Below are positions 11,585 through 18,895 of a stretch of 32,000 bases of DNA, one piece after another. Numbering within the stretch: the first letter of the stretch is position 1; each line of letters starts with the position of its first letter. The stretch comes from Xylella taiwanensis (lineage in GTDB: Bacteria > Pseudomonadota > Gammaproteobacteria > Xanthomonadales > Xanthomonadaceae), in the NCBI RefSeq assembly GCF_013177435.1, contig NZ_CP053627.1, positions 1,920,001 to 1,952,000 on the forward strand. Reading direction: 5' to 3'. The position numbers were made by a program, and so were the translations under genes. The notes beneath the pieces were generated by a model. It had not been told where the DNA came from and did no database searches. It worked only from the letters and a program-made list of their open reading frames with translations.

Positions 11585-12960
11585 ATACAACGTAACCTCA
11601 AGACAAACTGCACAGGTCACTAAAGAAAGCAGCCCAAATACTGAACAAGAAATCGCCGCTGTCATGGTTGCTTTAAACCATGCATACACTCGAATAAATA
11701 TCTTGCAAGATACTCAAACCACCTAGGGTAGGATCACCCTTTGCTTACAATACGCGGTAACGCTTACACGAAACTGGGGTTATCCGCCCCCCTAAGACCT
11801 GAATCACTTACCTATCTGGCAATGCGACTGCATCGTGATCCAATACTCGTCGCCAGATTGCATCATAGCAATCCCCTCAAATGCAGTGATTTTCAACAAG
11901 CCCTAACATCAACAGGATACTTTTTTATTAATCCTACCTTCCACATAACCTCAATTTGAATACTTAACAATTGATGTCTATATTGTTCGGTTAAGCTGAG
12001 TCAACATGCATCATCTTTGTCCATGATTCAGAAATTCCAGATTATTTAGATAAAGTGTTATGCGCTTTCATCCAATCAGACGATCGAACTCTGATGACTT
12101 TCGGTATTACATCTCCACCTGACATCTCCGATGAAGCATGGACGTTTGTGCCCCCTACATTACTCCTGATGGGCGACCACGCGCAGATGACGCAAGACAC
12201 AGATACATTAAAAAATCTGTTCAACGCACATTACATTGAATGGCACGCACCGACGCCGTTAACAACTTCACGTTTCCTTGAGGGTGCGACACCTTTGGAT
12301 ACAGACCATCTACTGAGAAGCGATGCACCAGAACCTGTATTTAATCCCACCAATCGCACTAGCCACATCAGGCAAATCCTGTGATCCTGGATGAGTGGAC
12401 GTTGAATCCAACCGTAAGTAAACACAACGCACAAACTGCCGATAATAGCGACAACACAAATAAAGGCAGCACGTACCCCATGATGATGGACACGTGACGC
12501 TCCTTAAGTTTTTACTACCCACCAACAAGCAAGAACACGTTAAGACGCATTACTACACGCCTACGCCAACAGCTAGGAACAACACGAACTGCGTCACATG
12601 ATGACTTGCAATTTCATGACTTCTCACCACATTGCTTACATTGGTAGCTAGGCTATCCCCCCCCCTCCACGAAAGTCACTGTTACCCTCTGGTCCATCAA
12701 GGACTGAACTTACTGGCCAAGCGAACATATGAATCAAACTTTCATCTGCAATGACACAACATCGTTACTCGGAAATACACATCAACTCACAACAACAGAA
12801 AGCAAGACATCCGCAAAGTGAAGGCATAGGGAAACTAAAGTCGAACACTTGAAGATGACCCGAAAGCCGATTTGGCATCAGCAAGCTGACGCCCTCGTTT
12901 ATGCGAAACAATTTCCTGACCTTGACTTATGTCAAGGAAAAGTTTTGACGCAATCGAACA
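11585..12960 (+). pseudogene. purB: Putative heavily decayed adenylosuccinate lyase (purB) relic; boundaries approximate
   Basis: There is no intact ORF. Degraded PurB-like motifs occur in the correct order and at near-correct spacing: HITSI*ILNN at 11942-11974, TFGITSPP at 12097-12120, NLFNAH-YIEWH at 12214-12246, FNP..H..I.L at 12340-12381 and GSTYP then a stop at 12465-12497. The position matches the conserved mnmA-hflD-purB order. See the first finding for details. The comparison motifs are recalled from memory. Confidence 0.4.
12657..12665 (+). repeat. C9 homopolymeric tract in non-coding DNA
   Basis: Read directly: ggctat CCCCCCCCC tccacg. Confidence 0.95.
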
Positions 12961-13007
12961 ACCAAACTGTATGACATCTCAAGCAAACCGGATCAGTCAC
13001 AACGCAA

Positions 13008-13775
13008 TTAACACAAAATGCATTGAGGTATAACGATCTCCATACTCACCGCCAAATGATCGGAGAACGCAGCCGGTATTGCTTCAGTCTTGCAAATATG
13101 CAAGCCTTGGCTCACCAAAATGTGGTCGATCGCACGCTGTGGACGCCAACTCGGGAACGTTGGGATCACAGCATCCGGTGGTTGCAACCGAGTACGGCGG
13201 TACAACACCTGCATCTCAGGACGATCAGCCATGCAATTGAAGTCCCCCATCAAGATTGTGTTGGGATGTTCAGCGAGCAAATCAGCGATGAAAGCCAACT
13301 GCGCCATACGCGAGTGCACACCCAACGACAGGTGAGCCACCGCCACCACTAAGCTATCAAGGTCATCGCCGAACTTAGCCAAAAGAACACCGCGACCACC
13401 CATCCGACCAGGTAACGCATGATCCTGTACTTCGCGCGGTTTCAGCCGACTTAGCAGGCCGTTGGCACTGGAAGCGACCCCAGCCATGCGCCGATTAGGT
13501 TGATGATTCCAGTAACAAAAACCGGCACGCTGGGCTAGGTAGTGAGTCTGGTTGGTGAAGCCCGAACGTAAACTGCCAGGATCACTCTCCTGGAGCCCGA
13601 CGATGTCACGCTCAGCGACCAATTGTGCAATTGCATCCAGAGTAATACGCTTGCGACCGATCGGTAACGCATGCGACCAGCTTCGGGTCACGTAGTCGCT
13701 ATAGCGGCGAGTACTCGAAGCGGCCTGAATGTTGACAGTCAACACCCGCAGTATACGTCGATCAGAATCGCTCAC
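13008..13775 (-). CDS. Endonuclease/exonuclease/phosphatase (EEP) family protein
   Basis: 255 aa. The EEP catalytic landmarks are VLTVNIQ, VGLQE, GDFN, AIDHILVS and FSDHLAV. There is no signal peptide. Its start is 15 nt after the stop of the upstream dsbA paralogue. Confidence 0.85.
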   Translation of the reverse strand: MSDSDRRILRVLTVNIQAASSTRRYSDYVTRSWSHALPIGRKRITLDAIAQLVAERDIVGLQESDPGSLRSGFTNQTHYLAQRAGFCYWNHQPNRRMAGVASSANGLLSRLKPREVQDHALPGRMGGRGVLLAKFGDDLDSLVVAVAHLSLGVHSRMAQLAFIADLLAEHPNTILMGDFNCMADRPEMQVLYRRTRLQPPDAVIPTFPSWRPQRAIDHILVSQGLHICKTEAIPAAFSDHLAVSMEIVIPQCILC

Positions 13776-13790
13776 TTAGCCGAGCTGGTC

Positions 13791-14558
13791 TTACTTGCCC
13801 AGTGCCTTACGCTCACCTTCGATCAGGTGATCGGCAATCCGCAGTATGTCGTCGTAAGTACGGCCCTTGACCAAGTATTTGCCGTTTATAACCAACGAAG
13901 GCGTACCTGTGATTTGGCTACGCTTAGCGAACTGCTTGGCACGATTAACTTTTGCCGAGATACCGAAGCTGGCCATAGTATTAGCAAACTGCTCCGGGTT
14001 GACGCCGAACTTGGCGTAGAAGTTAGCAATATCCTGCACCGTGTCGCGACCACGCTCCCCCTTCAAAGTCTGCTCAACATGGATCGCTTGATACAGAGCT
14101 CTATGAGTCTTCTCCTGCAAACTTAATGTCTCAGCAGCGTAAAACGCGCGCGCATAATCGTCCCAAGTACCACCGAATACTGCTGGCACGTAGACAAAAT
14201 GCACATCCGAAGGAAGGCCAGCCTTCCATGGCTCGATCTTTGGCTGGAATTGGAAGCATGCCGGGCAAACGTAGCCAAACACCTCAGCAACCTCAATCTT
14301 GCCAGCAACAGGCTGAAACGGTTGACCACCCTGGATCACAATGTAATCAGTATCAGCCACTGGTTCTGGTCCAGATGGCACACGTGCAGCTTGAACCGGA
14401 GGTGAGATCGGAGTGGCCGCAGTGGAGGGGGGGGGAATGGACTGCACGCTCGGAGCTGGAATGGCAGACGGTACGGTATCCGCGGTGCCATCCTTAGCTT
14501 GGCAAGCCACCAGAACCGGCAACAACGCCATCAACGTCATGGCGAAACGGTTTTTCAT
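13791..14558 (-). CDS. dsbA: Thiol:disulfide oxidoreductase DsbA paralogue, predicted lipoprotein with a Pro-rich tether
   Basis: I place the start at ATG 14558, preceded by GGAGAGAG. MKNRFAMTLMALLPVLVAC carries the lipobox LVAC. A Pro/Ser/Ala-rich linker follows, then a DsbA thioredoxin fold with active site FGYVCPACFQF and C-terminal GTPSLVINGKY. The track start at 14627 is an upstream extension. Confidence 0.9.
   Translation of the reverse strand: MKNRFAMTLMALLPVLVACQAKDGTADTVPSAIPAPSVQSIPPPSTAATPISPPVQAARVPSGPEPVADTDYIVIQGGQPFQPVAGKIEVAEVFGYVCPACFQFQPKIEPWKAGLPSDVHFVYVPAVFGGTWDDYARAFYAAETLSLQEKTHRALYQAIHVEQTLKGERGRDTVQDIANFYAKFGVNPEQFANTMASFGISAKVNRAKQFAKRSQITGTPSLVINGKYLVKGRTYDDILRIADHLIEGERKALGK
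14427..14435. repeat. G9 tract (C9 on the coding strand) inside the dsbA lipoprotein paralogue, encoding PPP
   Basis: Read directly: gtgga GGGGGGGGG aatgg. On the coding strand this reads TCC ATT CCC CCC CCC TCC ACT, which is SIPPPST. Confidence 0.95.
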
Positions 14559-14638
14559 AAACTCTCTCTCCAACAGGGAAGCGGGTCTGGCCAAAGCCAG
14601 CTTGACGGTGATCATGATACGAGCCACACAGCCTAACC

Positions 14639-15301
14639 TCAGTCAGACTTACCGCTACGTGCAGCAACGCGTGCGCGACTCACCAGATAATCGGTAATGC
14701 GCAGCGTGTCGTCGAAATCGTGACCAGACACCATGTAACGGCCATTCACTACGATCGTCGGCGTCCCCGAGGGATGCACCTTCAACGCATAGTCACGCGC
14801 CGCCTGTAAGCGCTTCTCGACCTCCGGGCCATTGAAGGTAGCAACGAAATGGTCCGGCTGCACCCCGTATCCGGCGTAGAACACCGCCAGCTCCTCTGGT
14901 GCCACGTTCTGAATCGGCACACTGCCCTTCTCGTGGATCGCCTCGAACATCGCCGCATGGCTGCGCTGAGCTACACCGAGAATGTCCGCGGCTAAATACG
15001 CACGCGCGAACGAATCCCAAATTCCACCGAACACCGCAGGTACCAAGGTAAAACGCACATCCTTAGCCTGACGCGTGTTCCATACTTGCAACTTGGATTC
15101 AAAATGCGCGCAATGCACGCAGGTATAACCGAAAATTTCGACGACCTCGATCTTACCAGCCAACGGCGCAAATGGTTGTCCATCAGAAATTTCAACATAA
15201 TCCTGGCCAACGACCGGAGGATGATTGACAGCAGCCCATGCACTTAAGGGTACAAGAGCAAGCAATAAAGACAATAAACGTCCAAACACAGACATTGGCA
15301 T
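14639..15301 (-). CDS. dsbA: Periplasmic thiol:disulfide oxidoreductase DsbA
   Basis: 220 aa. The signal peptide is MPMSVFGRLLSLLLALVPLSAWA, the active site is FGYTCVHCAHFE and the C-terminal motif is GTPTIVVNGRY. GGAG lies 5 nt upstream of the ATG. Confidence 0.9.
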   Translation of the reverse strand: MPMSVFGRLLSLLLALVPLSAWAAVNHPPVVGQDYVEISDGQPFAPLAGKIEVVEIFGYTCVHCAHFESKLQVWNTRQAKDVRFTLVPAVFGGIWDSFARAYLAADILGVAQRSHAAMFEAIHEKGSVPIQNVAPEELAVFYAGYGVQPDHFVATFNGPEVEKRLQAARDYALKVHPSGTPTIVVNGRYMVSGHDFDDTLRITDYLVSRARVAARSGKSD

Positions 15302-15469
15302 AGAAACTCCGGAACACGGCTCCTTTGGAATTAAGAAATAATGCCGGCCATAGGATCAACTCGTAAATGGTAACAACAGTCCAACTACGTAGCACCCCTA
15401 ACCTACAGAATTCAGCACATGTTCATCTTTATATGGGCATGGGCTGAATTGCAACATCATCAGCAACAT

Positions 15470-16206
15470 AGTCATGCAAGTTCTGGAGGTAGTGTGTCAG
15501 GGCTTGGCTCTACTGGTCACTTAATGGTTTAACAATATCTGCCATGATGACGATAGTGACGTGTTTCTTCATGCCTGCTAGCACCATGACAGTAAGCAAA
15601 CAATCTGCAAACAACCGCAATGTAGTCGACATAGTGGCCACCAATGCGTGATTAGAGCACACCAGGATCGTCAGCTCCGGTCCGTCCGTAGCAGGCCATG
15701 CAAACGGGGATATCACGCACCAAATCACCACCACGGTATAACTGCTGACCGATCTCCAATCATTTCTTCCTCTGAAAGCGCGAAATTGCTGGCGCAGTCT
15801 CATCGGCAACACTAGCTACACCGGACTGACTGGCAAACCCAAGCCCAAGATCGCGCATATCCTGTGGCCCAAACGCTTGTACAAACAGTCGCATCGGTGC
15901 AGCCGTTTCGCTACGTCGCTGACCGCTGGAATCAGCCCAGCCCACTCGGTCATGTAACGCTCCCCTGCGCAGCCACGTGCGGATACACGGACCAGTACTG
16001 GCTCATTGCCATCAGGACCGTGACAGACCATGCAGACCGTCGCCTTGGCCTGCCCAGCTTCAAAATTTCTCCAATGTAGTGTTAGATCAAGTCAGTCTGC
16101 CGCTGCAGAGCCGCACCAACCTGGGATAGGAGCATCACCATAAGGACCGGAACGGCGACAACAGCAAAAGCAAGCACATCAAAGCAACGTATGACCGAAG
16201 CTCCAT
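15470..16206 (-). pseudogene. Dihaem cytochrome c4 pseudogene (frameshifts, premature stops, second haem motif mutated)
   Basis: My minus-strand translation starts at ATG 16206 with the signal-like MELRSYVALMCLLLLLSPFRSLW and hits TGA at 16137-16135. After frame changes it reads EAGQAKATVCMVCHGPDGNEP, with an intact CxxCH at 16034-16020. YPHVAAQG and GPQDMRDLGLGFASQ follow in other frames. The second domain reads GQQLYRGGDLVRDIPVCMACYG, where CxxCH has become CMACY at 15702-15688. GGHYVDYIA follows. The tail reads MADIVKPLSDQ, then an in-frame TAG at 15512-15510, then SQALTHYLQNLH. Confidence 0.7.
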
Positions 16207-16278
16207 TTTTGTTTGCCCCTCAGGCTATCAATGCCACCGAACGCACAGCACAGCCCGTAGACATGCGATCCTAAGCAA

Positions 16279-16890
16279 ATGTCGTCACCACTTGAATGTG
16301 CCCGATACCTCCTCTCGGCCCACACTGCTTATCAACTACCGACCGATGACGGAAGCGAAGTTGTCTTTGCCGGCCGTTCCAATGCTGGAAAATCCAGCGT
16401 GCTGAACACGTTAACCCGTCAAAACGCGCTCGCTCGCGTCTCCAAAACTCCAGGCCGCACTCAGCAACTGGTCTACTTCACCGTGACACCACAACGCTAT
16501 CTGGTCGACCTACCCGGTTACGGCTATGCCAAAGTCCCCAAAGAACTGCAAGTACACTGGCAAGCGTTTATTGACACCTACTTCCGTAACCGTCAAGCCC
16601 TCCGTGGACTGGTGGTCGTGATGGACATTCGCCACCCACTGAAGGAATACGATCTGCAAATGCTGAGCTACGCGACACAACGCGGCCTGCCCGTACAGGC
16701 ACTGCTGACTAAAGCAGACAAGCTCGGCAGAGGCCAACAGGCACAAACACTGCAAAAAGTGCGCAAAGAATTTACCAAACACTTCGCCGACCACATCAAT
16801 GTACAAACCTTCTCCAGCAAATCGCGCCAAGGTGTGGAGGAATTGCACGCAGTGATCGAAACTTGGTTAGGCTTAGCAAGACCCGTCTGA
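16279..16890 (+). CDS. engB: Ribosome biogenesis GTPase EngB/YihA
   Basis: 203 aa with G1 GRSNAGKSSVLN, G3 DLPGYGYA and G4 TKADK motifs. Confidence 0.93.
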   Translation: MSSPLECARYLLSAHTAYQLPTDDGSEVVFAGRSNAGKSSVLNTLTRQNALARVSKTPGRTQQLVYFTVTPQRYLVDLPGYGYAKVPKELQVHWQAFIDTYFRNRQALRGLVVVMDIRHPLKEYDLQMLSYATQRGLPVQALLTKADKLGRGQQAQTLQKVRKEFTKHFADHINVQTFSSKSRQGVEELHAVIETWLGLARPV

Positions 16891-17033
16891 GCAAGCGCAC
16901 AAGCTCATCTCAACCCATTGATTTACATAAAATAAAGTGATCCTTAAGCAATTTACTCATACCTTTAGAAAACTCAAAGATCATCGGTATCAATCATTCC
17001 AGAGGCGCACTGCGGTTATAGTGCCGCCCTGCG

Positions 17034-18455
17034 GTGCCTAGGAAACCGTCCTCGCATCGCTCCGTCCTATATTTCCTGCGAGTCCCACCCTTGTCGAGCC
17101 CGAGTCACATTGCCGAGACCCCAATCACCCAACGCGCGCAGCTAGTCGAGGTACTCGCATCCGGCGAAAAACCGGCCGTCCAGTGGCGCATTGGCACCGA
17201 ACACGAAAAGTTCGGTTTCAGTTTCGACGATCTACATCCGCCAACATTCGATGGTGAACGCGGTATTGAGGCATTGTTGACCGGCATGACTCGCTTTGAC
17301 TGGAAACCAGTACAAGAACGTGGCCACACCATCGCCCTATTACGCGACAATACCTCTATCACTCTCGAACCTGCCGGCCAGCTCGAACTGGCCGGTGCGC
17401 CATTAGAAAACATCCATCAAACCTACGTCGAGACTGACACACACCTGCGCGAAGTGAGCCAAGTCGCCAACACGCTGCGGCTCGGATTCCTAGGCATGGG
17501 TTTCCAACCCAAATGGACACGTGCCGAGATGCCGTGGATGCCGAAAGGCCGCTACGCAATCATGCGCGCCTATATGCCTAAAGTTGGCCAACTCGGCTTA
17601 GACATGATGACCCGCACTTGCACCGTACAAGTCAACCTCGACTACGCCAGCGAAGCGGATATGGTGAAAAAGTTTCGCGTTTCGCTGGCACTGCAACCAA
17701 TCGCCACTGCACTGTTCGCAAATTCACCCTTCACCGAAGGCAGGCCCAACGGTTACTTGAGCTACCGCTCGCACGTGTGGACCGACACCGATGCTGATCG
17801 CACCGGCATGCTTGACTTCGTGTTTGAGGACGGCTTTGGCTACGAACGCTACGTGGACTACTTACTTGACGTCCCGATGTACTTCTCTTACCGCGCTGGC
17901 ATCTACCACGACGCGAGCGGGCAGAGCTTCCGCGACTTTCTGCAAGGACGCCTACCAGCGCTTCCTGGCACCTTACCGACCCTACGGGATTGGTCCGATC
18001 ACATGACAACCGCATTCCCGGAAGTGCGCCTGAAGAAGTACCTGGAGATGCGTGGTGCCGATGCAGGCCCTCTGACAATGCTGTGCGCGCTGCCCGCCTT
18101 CTGGGTCGGCCTACTGTACGACGACACAGCACTCGATGCAGCGTGGGACCTGATTAAAGACTTGAGCGTTGCAGAACGCCACACCCTGCGCGACGGCGCG
18201 CCCCAACATGCCCTGGCACTGCCATTCCGCCGCCGCACCGTGCGTACACTAGCGCTGCAGGTGCTGGAGATCTCACGCGCTGGCTTACGTCGCCGCGCAC
18301 AGCACAACACCGATGGTCAGGACGAAACCGTTTTCCTCAATGTGCTTGATGAGATCGCTCACAGTGGTCAGACACCAGCACAACACAAGCTGCAACTGTA
18401 TTACGACACCTGGAATGGCGACATCAATCGTATCTTCACTGAATACGCCTATTGA
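17034..18455 (+). CDS. gshA: Glutamate--cysteine ligase, plant/alphaproteobacterial type (GCS2 family)
   Basis: WRIGTEHEKFGF, LEPAGQLELAGAP, MMTRTCTVQVNLDY and EVRLKKYLEMRGAD are characteristic of plant-type GCL. The start is uncertain: the GTG at 17034 or the in-frame TTG at 17091 (LSSPSHIAETPI...), and neither has a clear SD. Confidence 0.88.
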   Translation: MPRKPSSHRSVLYFLRVPPLSSPSHIAETPITQRAQLVEVLASGEKPAVQWRIGTEHEKFGFSFDDLHPPTFDGERGIEALLTGMTRFDWKPVQERGHTIALLRDNTSITLEPAGQLELAGAPLENIHQTYVETDTHLREVSQVANTLRLGFLGMGFQPKWTRAEMPWMPKGRYAIMRAYMPKVGQLGLDMMTRTCTVQVNLDYASEADMVKKFRVSLALQPIATALFANSPFTEGRPNGYLSYRSHVWTDTDADRTGMLDFVFEDGFGYERYVDYLLDVPMYFSYRAGIYHDASGQSFRDFLQGRLPALPGTLPTLRDWSDHMTTAFPEVRLKKYLEMRGADAGPLTMLCALPAFWVGLLYDDTALDAAWDLIKDLSVAERHTLRDGAPQHALALPFRRRTVRTLALQVLEISRAGLRRRAQHNTDGQDETVFLNVLDEIAHSGQTPAQHKLQLYYDTWNGDINRIFTEYAY

Positions 18456-18895
18456 GGCACGTAAAGACGCTCCCCCACATTCCATGCCACTTTGCTGACC
18501 CACGCGAGCGCAACATGACAGCCCTCCTACGTAGTACGGGCCTCCAATGCACTCTGCCATCTTTCCCTTCGTACCATCATCTACCGGCATTATTTCCAAT
18601 CCACGTGATATCTGCATGACCAGATGCCCCTTCTCAATCAATCACAGCCGAACCATTTTCGGATGCGTTCTACACAACATGCAGACTTCCTGAAATGTTT
18701 AGGTAAAGTCTGCCGCTTGCCCCTTATTCTTTTTGTACACATAACCGATTCAGCGTTGCATCCACGCACGCCACCAGGCGCTATCGGCAATCATCTCACC
18801 GCAAAACGCTCCCAGCTGCAGCACATAAACCACGATAAACACATCATCAGCCGCTGCAACCACAGTGACCAAACCTCCCTTACACATGATTGGTA

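Noticed and set aside
11940-11990. A dif-like sequence (acttaacaattgatgtctatattgttcgg) in the AT-rich gap. I considered it because ftsK and xerD are both in the window.
   Set aside because: About 7 of 11 positions match the XerD arm, and the match to the XerC arm of the E. coli dif consensus, as I recall it, is poor. There is no change in strand-composition skew around it.
12055-12384. A 109-aa + strand ORF. Its DISDEAWTFVPPTLLL segment superficially resembles the DL[ST]D.EW..[IL].P.LP opening of IS5/DUF4096-type transposases.
   Set aside because: It has no SD, no inverted repeats or target duplications nearby, and no DDE domain downstream. The same ORF fits better as the central part of a decayed purB: T.G....P, NAH, EWH and FNP..H..I.L occur in the right order and spacing. 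Its openness is explained by T-poor composition.
12368-12493. A 41-codon minus-strand ORF, VSIIMGYVLPLFVLSLLSAVCALCLLTVGFNVHSSRITGFA. GGAG lies 6 nt upstream of the GTG, and it looks like a type I toxin or a small membrane protein.
   Set aside because: The minus strand of every gap is G/T-rich, and G/T-rich sequence automatically translates into Val/Leu/Phe/Gly/Cys-rich peptides. Similar hydrophobic mini-ORFs occur at 18750-18887 and 28210-28323. There is no recognisable family and no flanking promoter or antisense RNA evidence. It would be worth revisiting only if Ribo-seq or conservation data supported it.
12920-12937. A hairpin CCTTGAC-ttat-GTCAAGG about 70 nt downstream of the EEP gene stop. 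Other short hairpins lie at 11663-11682, 21240-21266 and around 23310-23339.
   Set aside because: The stems are short (7-8 bp) and no adjacent U-tract is present on the relevant strand. I cannot support calling them terminators from sequence alone.
18750-18887. A 45-codon minus-strand ORF just downstream of argD, MCKGGLVTVVAAADDVFIVVYVLQLGAFCGEMIADSAWWRAWMQR, containing an internal GGGAGG.
   Set aside because: This is the same compositional artefact as above. The GGAGG lies inside the ORF and is 10 nt from an internal GTG. No family was recognised.
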